Assembly: GCA_017557785.1 (NCBI GenBank)
Contig: JAFYYA010000069.1
Span: 4,288 to 68,287, forward strand
Source of the DNA: Salinivirgaceae bacterium
GTDB lineage: Bacteria; Bacteroidota; Bacteroidia; Bacteroidales; SZUA-534
Direction: 5' to 3'
Length of the DNA: 64,000 nt
Shown: positions 17,439 through 26,480 of the stretch, one piece after another
How positions within the stretch are numbered: position 1 is the first letter of the stretch
How the letters are laid out: each line of letters begins with the position of its first letter
Position numbers and translations under genes: made by a program
The notes under the pieces: generated by a model
What the model saw: only the letters and a program-made list of their open reading frames with translations
Database searches by the model: none
Told to the model about the DNA's origin: nothing

Positions 17439-17994
17439 TTTCAATATCAAAAACGCCACGACCGTTTTTTACTTCCCAATTGTTGAAGTGTTGGTCGGCA
17501 ACCATTCCATCACCATAAATGATGCCGTCGGCAGTTGAGATTTTTACAAACTGGTTAGTTTCAATAGTTTCCTTGTTGCGATTCCAAACCAGATATTCGG
17601 TATTGAGCTGGTCGCCCTTTTCGTTGCTGACCACAACATCATTTTTAGCTTCCCAAATGCCTTCTTTATCGTAATAAATGGAATATTTGGCTGACATGTG
17701 AGACGTCACATTGCCCAATGTGTCATACATAAACATTTCGAGCCCCTTAGGGAACTCGAAGGTGTTGTTGCCGGCATCCAGTTGTCGCACCTCGCTGCTT
17801 TTCATTCTCACGGCTATATATCCGTTGAGCGAGCGCGTCAACTCAACACCCTTGCCACTCATCTGTGCAGTGTCCATAGCTGTAGTCAGCGAATTGACCT
17901 GCTGCATATCGTTCTTGCACGATGCTAAAATAAAAACTAAGGCTCCTGCAAAAAGAGCCTTAGCAATTGTTTCTATGTAGCGATCGCAGTTCAC
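17431..17994 (-). CDS. lptC: LptC-like LPS export periplasmic protein (lipoprotein signal ...LASC)
   Basis: 187 aa with a lipobox-like ILASC. The beta-rich body has a size and pattern consistent with Bacteroidota LptC, but this assignment is by resemblance only. Confidence 0.55.
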   Translation of the reverse strand: MNCDRYIETIAKALFAGALVFILASCKNDMQQVNSLTTAMDTAQMSGKGVELTRSLNGYIAVRMKSSEVRQLDAGNNTFEFPKGLEMFMYDTLGNVTSHMSAKYSIYYDKEGIWEAKNDVVVSNEKGDQLNTEYLVWNRNKETIETNQFVKISTADGIIYGDGMVADQHFNNWEVKNGRGVFDIENE

Positions 17995-17996
17995 AA

Positions 17997-19385
17997 TTAG
18001 AACTCAGCGGTTGTTTTTTCGTTAATCCATCCGCCAACTGTCACCTGCGAACCAGGTTGAATACCGAACATGAAAGCTTCCTCCTTGTTCGGGAAGTGCT
18101 TTTTGTAGGTGTTTATCAACTCATTGGCTTCAGCTTCGCACGATGCGTCAACTTGTTTTGCTTTTCTGAACTTGTCGACAGCTGCCCAATAAGCTGCATT
18201 GTGCTCAACCTGCTCCTGACCGATGTTCTGCGCGTCGGCAGCGTAAGCTTTGCCAATGGCGATATAAGCCCTACCGTTTGCCGGATTGGCTTTGATGGCC
18301 ATGTTAGCCAATTCACGCACACGCTGGAAATGCTTCTGCATAAACACAACCTGACTCCACTCGTAGTAGTATTGCGATTTCAGCATCGGATCTTCCTGCT
18401 GATTGCAAGCGTTAGAGTAATATTCTGCTGCTTTTGGCAGTTCCTGCTTGATAAGGAACAGGCGAGCAAGGTTTCGGGCTGCAATAGCCGACGGCTCCAA
18501 AGCGTAGAGTGCTTCCGAGGCCTTGGCGAACAGCGGCGAAGCGTTGCATTCTGCCTTGTCGAGCAGTTTGGTAACTTTCTTCAACCATTCAATATCATCT
18601 TTGTTGGCATCATATTTTGCTTCGAAAATAGCAATCAAAGCATCGCAAGTGGCGGCACCGCTTTCAGAGAACAAGGCTTCAACGTTTTTAACATCAACGT
18701 CAAGATTCTCAAGCTCTTTCTGCGCGGCAGGAACTTTCTTTGCATCACCGCTGGCAACAATTTTCTTATTGCTTGCAACGGCCAGATCAAGTGTTGACAT
18801 AGCCAACTCGTATGCCGATATTACCTCTGAGCCATCAACTTCTTCGGCTTTGTACTGGTCAACCACGCTCTGCATCATCACTGTTGCAACGCCGGCACCA
18901 GTCTCGCCTTTTTCAAGTTCGCACGATTTTTTCAACATCTCGTAAACGTCGCCAGCTGCATCTTTACCACGATAAGAGTACAAATCAACACCCTTTGTGG
19001 CCAGCACAGCACCTTCTTGCTTGAAGTAGACAATACGTTGGTCGTAAATCTGCATCAGAGTATCGATGAGAGCTTCTTTTTTCACATCATCTTTTTCAGC
19101 CTTGATAAGGTTTTTGTAGATGGTGGCGCCACGGATGAATGTGTTCTTGCTGGCTGCGGGGCAGTTTTGGTAAACCTTGCGCCAGTCGTTGACTGCATCT
19201 TTGTAGTTTTTCTGTTTGTAGAACTCGTTGTAGAGCGACATGCGCATTGCGCACTCTTCGCGAGCGGCACTGTCCGGTCCGTATTTCGGGTCCGACAGAT
19301 ACTTTTTCTGTTGTGCATTTGTCTGGCCAGCCGCCATCATGAACGACATTGCCAGTATCCCAAATTTGAAAGCAAACGTTTTCAT
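17997..19385 (-). CDS. Exported helical-repeat (TPR-like) protein, function unknown
   Basis: Signal peptide MKTFAFKFGILAMSFMMAAGQTNAQ, with the start moved to ATG 19383-19385. The body is all-alpha and repeat-like. Confidence 0.5.
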   Translation of the reverse strand: MKTFAFKFGILAMSFMMAAGQTNAQQKKYLSDPKYGPDSAAREECAMRMSLYNEFYKQKNYKDAVNDWRKVYQNCPAASKNTFIRGATIYKNLIKAEKDDVKKEALIDTLMQIYDQRIVYFKQEGAVLATKGVDLYSYRGKDAAGDVYEMLKKSCELEKGETGAGVATVMMQSVVDQYKAEEVDGSEVISAYELAMSTLDLAVASNKKIVASGDAKKVPAAQKELENLDVDVKNVEALFSESGAATCDALIAIFEAKYDANKDDIEWLKKVTKLLDKAECNASPLFAKASEALYALEPSAIAARNLARLFLIKQELPKAAEYYSNACNQQEDPMLKSQYYYEWSQVVFMQKHFQRVRELANMAIKANPANGRAYIAIGKAYAADAQNIGQEQVEHNAAYWAAVDKFRKAKQVDASCEAEANELINTYKKHFPNKEEAFMFGIQPGSQVTVGGWINEKTTAEF

Positions 19386-19535
19386 TTTTTTAGTATTAAA
19401 ATTCTGCGCCAAAAGTAATAAATCTTTATTAGGTGTACCCGATAAAACCGCCATTCCATGGCTTTTAGTTTGATTGAGTAGCGTTTTTTGACGTCGAAAG
19501 GCTGATTTTCAGAGACAATGTGTCTTCTGCAAATC

Positions 19536-20252
19536 TCATTTTTGAGTGCAGAATTCTAAAATCCGATTCATCCCGATAATCACCAGATTCGGCTCGTACA
19601 CAACATCGGCACGGTTGACAATGGCAGCGGCCCCGCCCGTGACTACTATTTTAACATCTTGTGTCTCCGCACGATAGGCGTTTATGTAACCATCTATTTC
19701 AAACCGGACACCATTCAGAATGCCGAATTGCAAGGCATCAATGGTGCTTTTGCCCGCAAGATCTGATTTGTCGGGCACCTCAACCAGCGGCAACTTGCCC
19801 GTGAACGCGTTCAGCGCTTTTGCCCGTATTTCGGGGCCGGGCGAGATTGCTCCGCCCTGATAGACTCCATTCTTGTCTAGAAAATCGATGGTTATGGCTG
19901 TTCCCACATCGATTATCAGCACATTGCTGGCAGGAAACAGCACTTGCGCACCAACAGCAGCGGCTATACGGTCGCGGCCTAACGTCTGCGGTGTCGAATA
20001 GTTTATTTTTATCGGAAGTTTGGTTGTGGCATCAAGGCAGATGTGCGGAATGCCTTTCAACCCATCAGGCAGTTCGACTTTATCTCGTCTCGTGCTGATA
20101 CTTATTATATTATTGATGTTGTGCCGTTCGGCGAGTTGCAGAATCAGCGCCGCATCGGCTTCGGGGCTGGCCGTCTGAGCAATAATGGCACCGCCATCGG
20201 CAACTGCCACCTTGCACAGCGTGTTGCCTTCATCAATAATAAGATTGCTCAT
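19536..20252 (-). CDS. coaX: Type III pantothenate kinase
   Basis: MSNLIIDEGNTLCKVAV...GRDRIAAAVGA...LIIDVGTAITIDF...GGAISPG...VVTGGAA are CoaX/ASKHA motifs. Confidence 0.9.
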   Translation of the reverse strand: MSNLIIDEGNTLCKVAVADGGAIIAQTASPEADAALILQLAERHNINNIISISTRRDKVELPDGLKGIPHICLDATTKLPIKINYSTPQTLGRDRIAAAVGAQVLFPASNVLIIDVGTAITIDFLDKNGVYQGGAISPGPEIRAKALNAFTGKLPLVEVPDKSDLAGKSTIDALQFGILNGVRFEIDGYINAYRAETQDVKIVVTGGAAAIVNRADVVYEPNLVIIGMNRILEFCTQK

Positions 20253-20763
20253 CTTCTTTCTTTATCGCTTCAACCAGCCGGTTGAAGAAGAAAATCTTCA
20301 GATACAGTCCGTGTTTTTCAGTGTACGACAGTTTGACAGCGTAAACGCACTTGTCGTTGCCAATGGTCCATTGGCGCTCAAGGTCTTTGGCCTGGAACAT
20401 CTCCGCATCCGACTCGTCCCACTCTCCCTTGCGGTCGTCGTCGTAGCCGTATATCGCATAAAGCGAGTTGACTAACGCCTTAACGTTGGACTTTGTCACA
20501 TAGCGCGAGTTGGCTGGCAGCGTGACATTGATGTGGTTGCTGCCTACAATGTTGTCCTTATCGTTGAACAGGCGGAAAACCACCTTCTCGAACATTCCCA
20601 ACTCAACAAGCGGAAACTCCTTCTCGAACTCCACCATGAAAACGCCTTCGATATCTTTGCTCTGAATCTCGCAGTAGTCGTTGTCGGCAAAGAATTTTGT
20701 CAAATCGAACGACAACATTTCGAGAATGTTTTTTGGCTTGTTTGCTGCATCTAAAATTGACAT
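20233..20763 (-). CDS. Hypothetical protein
   Basis: 176 aa ORF that overlaps the coaX start by 20 nt. No recognisable motifs. Confidence 0.45.
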   Translation of the reverse strand: MSILDAANKPKNILEMLSFDLTKFFADNDYCEIQSKDIEGVFMVEFEKEFPLVELGMFEKVVFRLFNDKDNIVGSNHINVTLPANSRYVTKSNVKALVNSLYAIYGYDDDRKGEWDESDAEMFQAKDLERQWTIGNDKCVYAVKLSYTEKHGLYLKIFFFNRLVEAIKKEDEQSYY

Positions 20764-20775
20764 CTCTTTAATTTT

Positions 20776-21693
20776 TTAATGTTTGTTTTTTGTCAACTCC
20801 TGAAAAACTTCTTCCATCGACTTTTGTTTCACCTGCATTGCCAGCACGGCAAGATTGTGCTGCACGGCGAAGTTGAAAACATCCTGTCGCACATCGGCTT
20901 CAGAGTCCGACTCCAAAACGTATGTGCTGGCGCCCGTTTTTTCCACCGCAACAATATTAGCAATTTGTAACAACATTTTTTCATCAACAGGCAAATTAAA
21001 TTCAACTTCCACCTGTCGACGGTTGTTGCGGGTGCTGATGCCAATTTGTTCGGCACTTCCGTTTGCCACAAGAACGCCGTGGTCGAGAATCGCCATCTGA
21101 TGGCAGATGGCCTGCACTTCCTGCATGATGTGAGTTGAGAGCAGAATGGTTTTTTCGCGCCCCAGTTCAAGAATCAGGTTGCGTATCTCAACAATCTGAT
21201 TCGGGTCGAGACCGGTTGTCGGCTCATCGAGAATCAGCACTTGCGGATTGTGGATGATGGCTTGAGCAAGCCCCACACGCTGCTTGTAGCCTTTCGACAG
21301 AGCACCGATTTTTTTCCTGCATTCTGGCGCAAGCCCCGTGCGCTCAATCACTTCGCCAACCACCTTGTCGGTATTTGACAAGTGGTAGATGTTTGCAGTA
21401 TATTGCAGATATTCTTTAACATACATATCCAGATAAAGCGGATTGTTTTCGGGCAGATAGCCTATTATTTTCTTTATCTGGTTGATGTTTTCTGCCACAT
21501 CGAGCCCTTCGACCAGCACGGTGCCGCTGGTTGGCGACAACAAGCCGGTGACAATCTTCATCAGCGTTGACTTGCCGGCGCCATTCGGTCCCAAAAAACC
21601 CACAACCGTACCGCTGCCCACCGAAAACGACACGTTGTCGAGCGCTTTCTGCGTTCCGTAGTATTTTGTCAGGTTTTTAATCTCGATGGACAT
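20776..21693 (-). CDS. ABC transporter ATP-binding protein (GldA-like)
   Basis: Walker A GPNGAGKST, the signature LSKGYKQR and Walker B LILDEPTTGLD. No permease gene is adjacent. Confidence 0.9.
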   Translation of the reverse strand: MSIEIKNLTKYYGTQKALDNVSFSVGSGTVVGFLGPNGAGKSTLMKIVTGLLSPTSGTVLVEGLDVAENINQIKKIIGYLPENNPLYLDMYVKEYLQYTANIYHLSNTDKVVGEVIERTGLAPECRKKIGALSKGYKQRVGLAQAIIHNPQVLILDEPTTGLDPNQIVEIRNLILELGREKTILLSTHIMQEVQAICHQMAILDHGVLVANGSAEQIGISTRNNRRQVEVEFNLPVDEKMLLQIANIVAVEKTGASTYVLESDSEADVRQDVFNFAVQHNLAVLAMQVKQKSMEEVFQELTKNKH

Positions 21694-21809
21694 AACAAGG
21701 GTTGATTAATTGATTAACTGAAGGATTGAATAAAGAATAACTGAAAGATTGAATGTCGGAATATCTTGCTCATTCACGCATTCAATCCTTCAATCCTTCA
21801 CGCATTTAA

Positions 21810-22244
21810 TCAGTGTTTCACCGGAATCTTGTCGATGCGGCGCTGGTGGCGTCCGCCTTCAAAGCCTGTGCTCAAGAACGTGTCGACAACCTGCTTTGCC
21901 AAATCAACCGAAATGAAACGGGCCGGTATGGCGCAGATGTTGGCGTTGTTGTGCTGACGGGCAAGGGCTGCAATCTCTGTGTTCCAGCACAAAGCAGAGC
22001 GGATGCCCTGATGCTTGTTGGCAGTGATGTTGATGCCATTTCCGCTGCCGCAAAGGGTGATTCCCAAATCAAACTTACCCGCTTCAACTGCTTCAGCCAG
22101 CGGATGGGCTACATCGGGATAATCCATACTCTCGGGCGAATTTGTACCAAAATCGGTCACAGTGTGCCCTTTCGATTTCAAATATTCGACCAGAATCTGC
22201 TTTGTCTCAAAGCCTGCGTGGTCACTTCCTATTGCTAAATTCAT
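21810..22244 (-). CDS. rpiB: Ribose-5-phosphate isomerase B
   Basis: MNLAIGSDHAGFETKQ...LCGSGNGINITANKHQGIRSALCW...ARQHNNANICAIPARF. Confidence 0.9.
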   Translation of the reverse strand: MNLAIGSDHAGFETKQILVEYLKSKGHTVTDFGTNSPESMDYPDVAHPLAEAVEAGKFDLGITLCGSGNGINITANKHQGIRSALCWNTEIAALARQHNNANICAIPARFISVDLAKQVVDTFLSTGFEGGRHQRRIDKIPVKH

Positions 22245-22541
22245 AACTAAAAATGTTTTTCTATTCCGCTGCCAAAAATATCAAACCATTATTATATGGC
22301 AAAGAAAAACCTACAATCGCACCCATCATATTTTGCACACTTTTCAACGTTAGCTGCATAAACATTGACCAGTCAATAAGACGCTCTGTTCTAAACTGTT
22401 CATGAAGAAAGCACATCAACGACGCGGAACGGCCTTGTGGCAACAATTATCGGCAATTTCAAAAAAATAGATGGGTCCCCGTTTCAGTTTGATTTTTTTT
22501 GTATTTTGCCGACCGTTTTTCATGGCTTCTTTTGAGGCTTC

Positions 22542-22631
22542 GGAGAAATGGCCGAGTGGTCGAAGGCGCACGCCTGGAAAGTGTGTATACCATGTGAAAT
22601 GGTATCGTGGGTTCGAATCCCCCTTTCTCCG
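22542..22631 (+). tRNA. tRNA-Ser (anticodon GGA), type II with a long variable arm
   Basis: The acceptor stem GGAGAAA/TTTCTCC has discriminator G. The anticodon stem-loop is CACGC-CTGGAAA-GTGTG, with a long variable arm and a GTTCGAATC T-loop. No encoded CCA. Confidence 0.9.
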
Positions 22632-22701
22632 CAAATGAGATGATTTATTAACATTAATTATTAATAAGTAAACAAAACCGTAATAACAAAAAAGAAAGAT
22701 T

Positions 22702-23505
22702 ATGAAAAGGTTATTCACATTGTTAGTTGTGACTATGATGCTGGGAGTGGCATCAATCAATTGCGTTAAAGCGCAAGACCAAGACACAGTTGCAGCAACC
22801 GACACTACAGCGGTTGTTGACCAAGCAGCAGCAGCTGAAGAAGTTGCTGAAGATGCCATTGAGGGCACAAGTGCTCACCAAGCCATCAAACAGAAATTCA
22901 TCGAGGGTGGTGTAGGCTTTATGTCTGCCGTTATCCTTTGCTTGATTCTCGGTTTGGCTATCTGCGTTGAGCGCATTCTGTTCCTTAACCTGTCATCTAC
23001 CAACACTAAGAAACTGTTGGCAAAAATCGAGACCGCTCTTAACGAGCAAGGCGTAGAGGCAGCCAAAGAGGTTTGCCGCAACAGCCGCGGTCCGGTTGCA
23101 AGCATCTTCTATCAGGGTCTCGACCGCTACGACGCTGGTCTTGACATGGTTGAGAAAGCCGTTATCTCTTACGGCGGTGTTCAAACCGGTTTGCTTGAGA
23201 AGAACCTGTCGTGGATTGCATTGTTCATCGCCTTGGCCCCGATGTTGGGATTCTTGGGAACAGTTATTGGTATGGTGCAGGCCTTCGACTCAATCAAGGT
23301 TGCAGGTGACATCAGCCCGGCATTGGTTGCAGGTGGTATTTCAGTCGCACTTATCACAACAATGGCTGGTCTTATCGTAGCTATGATTCTTCAAGTGTTC
23401 TATAACTACTTCGTATCAAAAATCGACAGCATTGTCAACGATATGGAAGACGCATCTATCACTCTGACTGATATGCTTTATAAGTACAACTTGAAAAACA
23501 AATAA
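22702..23505 (+). CDS. exbB: MotA/TolQ/ExbB proton-channel family protein
   Basis: Signal/anchor followed by an acidic Ala-rich linker. Three TM helices are present, with the conserved ...LGFLGTVIGMVQAF...GGISVALITTMAGLIVA pattern. Confidence 0.85.
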   Translation: MKRLFTLLVVTMMLGVASINCVKAQDQDTVAATDTTAVVDQAAAAEEVAEDAIEGTSAHQAIKQKFIEGGVGFMSAVILCLILGLAICVERILFLNLSSTNTKKLLAKIETALNEQGVEAAKEVCRNSRGPVASIFYQGLDRYDAGLDMVEKAVISYGGVQTGLLEKNLSWIALFIALAPMLGFLGTVIGMVQAFDSIKVAGDISPALVAGGISVALITTMAGLIVAMILQVFYNYFVSKIDSIVNDMEDASITLTDMLYKYNLKNK

Positions 23506-23508
23506 AAA

Positions 23509-23928
23509 ATGAATTCAGTAACATCTAAAATAATCGCCATTGTCTCTGGCATTATGCTGGCAGTGAGCGCAGTTTCGGGTATCGTCACGTTTGCAACGGG
23601 CGAATACATCGACTGGCTACTGATATGGACATACATTCTTGTATTCGGCGCATTCTTTGTTATCATTGTGATGTCGCTGATCGGTATGCTCTCGTCGAAG
23701 AAAAGCGCTCTCACACTTGTGGGTATACTTGCGGTGGCAGCAGTTATCATATTCGGAGCCCACTCATTGGCTTCTGATACGCTTCCTACTTTCTTCGGAG
23801 TTGAGGACTACAATCTGACACTTACTGTGGCAAAATGGGTTGATACATCATTATATGTAACTTATCTTTTGTTTGGCTTGGCAATCGCCGGTTTAGGCTT
23901 TACAGCAGTCCGCGCTGCCGTTGAATAA
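23509..23928 (+). CDS. Hypothetical 4-TM membrane protein within the exbB-exbD cluster
   Basis: 139 aa and very hydrophobic, starting 4 nt after the exbB stop. Confidence 0.5.
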   Translation: MNSVTSKIIAIVSGIMLAVSAVSGIVTFATGEYIDWLLIWTYILVFGAFFVIIVMSLIGMLSSKKSALTLVGILAVAAVIIFGAHSLASDTLPTFFGVEDYNLTLTVAKWVDTSLYVTYLLFGLAIAGLGFTAVRAAVE

Positions 23929-23947
23929 GAGAGTTAAATAATAAATT

Positions 23948-24526
23948 ATGGCACGTAAAACACCAGATATTCCTTCTGCATCGTTGGCCGACACAGCATT
24001 CATGATGTTGATATTCTTCCTTGTATCAACAACCATGGACACCGACGCGGGCATATCGCGTATGCTTCCGCCACCGGTTCCAAAAGAGGAAATCAACGAT
24101 GACCAGAAGATTAAGGAAAGAAACGTTCTTATTGTCCTTATCAACAAGAATGACCAGTTGATGGTTGAAGGCGAGCCGATGCACATCAGCGAGCTGAAGA
24201 AGAAAGCCAAAGAGTTCATTGAGAACCCTGCCGACGATCCGAATCTTCCAGAAAAGAGCATCAAAGAGATTCCGTTCTTTGGCGACTATCCGGTTTCAAA
24301 GCAGGTTATCTCACTTCAGAACGACCGTGGCACATCATATGGCTTGTACGTTCAAGTGCAAGACGAATTGGCTGCCGCTTACAATGAGTTGAGAAACGAG
24401 TTGTCACAGAAGAAGTGGGGCAAACGCTATGACGACTTGGATAAGGAGCAGCAGGACGCCATCAAGAAAATCTATCCGCAGAGTATTTCTGAGGCTGAAC
24501 CTAAAAACTATGGAGGGAAAAAGTAA
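23948..24526 (+). CDS. exbD: ExbD/TolR biopolymer transport protein
   Basis: SLADTAFMMLIFFLVSTTM is the ExbD TM signature, followed by a periplasmic domain. Confidence 0.8.
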   Translation: MARKTPDIPSASLADTAFMMLIFFLVSTTMDTDAGISRMLPPPVPKEEINDDQKIKERNVLIVLINKNDQLMVEGEPMHISELKKKAKEFIENPADDPNLPEKSIKEIPFFGDYPVSKQVISLQNDRGTSYGLYVQVQDELAAAYNELRNELSQKKWGKRYDDLDKEQQDAIKKIYPQSISEAEPKNYGGKK

Positions 24527-24999
24527 TGGGAAAATTTAGAGACGGCGGCAAAAAAGAAGTGCCCGCAATTTCGACATCTTCACTTCCTGACGTGGTTTAC
24601 ATGTTGCTGTTCTTCTTCATGGTGTCAACCACAATGAAGGAGGTCGACCTGAAAGTCAACATGAATGTTCCATCGGCCAGCGAAATCAAGAAACTTGAGA
24701 AGAAATCGTTGGTAAGTTACATTTACATTGGTAAGCCGAAGGACAAATTCGCAAAAGCGTATGGTACAGAACCCCGTATCCAACTGAACGACCAATTCGC
24801 GGATGTTAAAGATGTTGCCGACTACATTGAGTCGGAACGCCAGCAGAAAGACGAGAAAGAAATTCCGCTGATGACAACATCACTTAAGGTTGACGAAAAT
24901 ACCAAAATGGGTATTGTTACCGACGTAAAGCAGGAATTGAGAAAGATGAGCGCATTGAAAATCAACTACTCTACCAAAAAGAGTGTAAGGCGCTACTAA
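24526..24999 (+). CDS. exbD: ExbD/TolR biopolymer transport protein (second copy)
   Basis: LPDVVYMLLFFFMVSTTM signature. The start overlaps the previous stop (TAATG). Confidence 0.8.
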   Translation: MGKFRDGGKKEVPAISTSSLPDVVYMLLFFFMVSTTMKEVDLKVNMNVPSASEIKKLEKKSLVSYIYIGKPKDKFAKAYGTEPRIQLNDQFADVKDVADYIESERQQKDEKEIPLMTTSLKVDENTKMGIVTDVKQELRKMSALKINYSTKKSVRRY

Positions 25000-25018
25000 T
25001 TCGCAAACTGATAATTTC

Positions 25019-25052
25019 AAAGGATGGCTGCCTATGGCGACCATCCTTTTTT
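25019..25052 (+). terminator. Rho-independent terminator after the exbBD cluster
   Basis: AAAGGATGG...CCATCCTTT hairpin plus a T-run. Confidence 0.65.
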
Positions 25053-25063
25053 AATTTTAAACC

Positions 25064-25546
25064 ATGACAAAAATCCGACTCACAATAATCTGTCTGCTTA
25101 TGGTTCTGCTGCAGAGTTGCGGTAGTTTTTTGCCGCCAGAGTTTGCAGGAATCAATGCCATCGATGTTACTGAAATCAGGCTAAGCCAGATTACTGTGCG
25201 TGTCAACGCCACGGTTTACAACCCTAACCGGCACCGCATCACCGTTAAAAATGCCGATATTGATGTTGCCATGCGCGATATTCGGGCTGGAAAACTCTTG
25301 ATTGACGAGCCGATAACGGTGGCTGCGCGAAGCCATGCCAATTGCGACTTCACACTCAAACTAAGCACCATTGAGACTTTTAGGGCCGGCATTTCTGCTG
25401 CAGACGAACTGTTCGCGAAAAACGGTGAGATAAAATTCTCTGGTACTGCTGAAGGTGAATACGGCATCTTCAAGCGGAAACTCGATATCGACACCACTGT
25501 CAAGGTTGATAACATTGCGTCTAAAGCAAAACAACACGATTTATAA
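25064..25546 (+). CDS. LEA_2/NDR1-HIN1-like lipoprotein
   Basis: Lipobox LLQSC. The beta-sandwich-like pattern (VRVNATVYNPNRHRITVKNADIDV...) resembles LEA type-2 family lipoproteins. Confidence 0.55.
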   Translation: MTKIRLTIICLLMVLLQSCGSFLPPEFAGINAIDVTEIRLSQITVRVNATVYNPNRHRITVKNADIDVAMRDIRAGKLLIDEPITVAARSHANCDFTLKLSTIETFRAGISAADELFAKNGEIKFSGTAEGEYGIFKRKLDIDTTVKVDNIASKAKQHDL

Positions 25547-25608
25547 CATGCGCCGGGTGTTGGATTTATTGAAAATCGATTTATATTGCCAACCGAAACA
25601 ATAGTGCT

Positions 25609-26445
25609 ATGAACAAGTACATTTTGGTTCCGGTAGATTTTTCGCCAAGTTCCATCAATGCGATGGAACACGCGGTACTTTATGCCAATGCAATAGGGTG
25701 CGACATAAGAATGATACACGTAAAGCGCCGCAACGCCGACTATGATCCCGCCATCAACTTTAACGATTACGACGAAGTGCTGAAATCATCAGTCATCAAT
25801 AATTTCAAGCGTATTATTGCCCATTTCAAAAGCAAAATGAAGGGGAAGATTGACTACTGCGTGCGCGATGGACGGGTATTTACCGAAGTGTGCAATCAAG
25901 CCAAATATGGCGACGCGCTGATGATTATCAGCGGAACTAACGGTGTATCCGGGTTCAAAGAGCGGTGGGAAGGCAGCAACGCTTTCCGCATTGTGAGCCA
26001 CGCCATCTGCCCCGTCGTCACCATCAAATACAATTTTGTTCCGCAGAGCCCGCGTCGCATTGTGGTGCCGATTGACAACACCGACCGCACAAGACTCAAA
26101 ATTCCGATTGTGGCAAAAATCGCAAAATGCTTCGACGCGGAAATGATGCTTATCGACTTACGAAACGATAACAAGCCGTTGACACAGAAAAAGATGGAAG
26201 AAGCCATGAAAGCCGTAACCATCTATCTTGACCGTCATAATGTTAGATACAGTAAAGACAATTTGCGGGTTAAGAAGAAAAAAACGGCAACGGCTGTGAT
26301 CGACTACGCATTGGAAAACGACGCCGACCTGATTGCTGCAACAAGCGAACGTCTCGACAACAACTGGCAACTTTTCTCGGTTTCAAACCCGCAAAAACTG
26401 GTCAACCACTCGCCTATTCCGGTTATCACCATTAAGGTGGCGTAA
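25609..26445 (+). CDS. Tandem-domain universal stress protein (UspA family)
   Basis: ILVPVDFSPSS...A and RIVVPIDNTD... repeats are each followed by G..G...ERL-type segments. At 278 aa this equals two Usp domains. Confidence 0.8.
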   Translation: MNKYILVPVDFSPSSINAMEHAVLYANAIGCDIRMIHVKRRNADYDPAINFNDYDEVLKSSVINNFKRIIAHFKSKMKGKIDYCVRDGRVFTEVCNQAKYGDALMIISGTNGVSGFKERWEGSNAFRIVSHAICPVVTIKYNFVPQSPRRIVVPIDNTDRTRLKIPIVAKIAKCFDAEMMLIDLRNDNKPLTQKKMEEAMKAVTIYLDRHNVRYSKDNLRVKKKKTATAVIDYALENDADLIAATSERLDNNWQLFSVSNPQKLVNHSPIPVITIKVA

Positions 26446-26480
26446 TGAGCGAATATGCATGAAACTGGCGTTGCCAATTT

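Noticed and set aside
17967-19418. Plus-strand ORFs (276, 140 and 133 aa) opposite the exported TPR-like gene.
   Set aside because: These are antisense shadows. Their products are Cys/Phe/Leu-rich with no motifs, while the minus-strand frame has a signal peptide and a coherent helical-repeat sequence.
22416-22868. 150-aa minus-strand ORF spanning the tRNA-Ser gene and the exbB 5' end.
   Set aside because: It overlaps a well-formed tRNA on the opposite strand and the start of exbB. The Ala/Ser-rich N-terminus is the antisense image of the exbB acidic Ala-rich linker.
22542-25052. tRNA-Ser as the integration site for a genomic island carrying the exbB-exbD cluster.
   Set aside because: No integrase or recombinase is present, and I did not spot a direct repeat of the tRNA 3' end downstream. 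The exbBD genes have core-like composition and a normal terminator.
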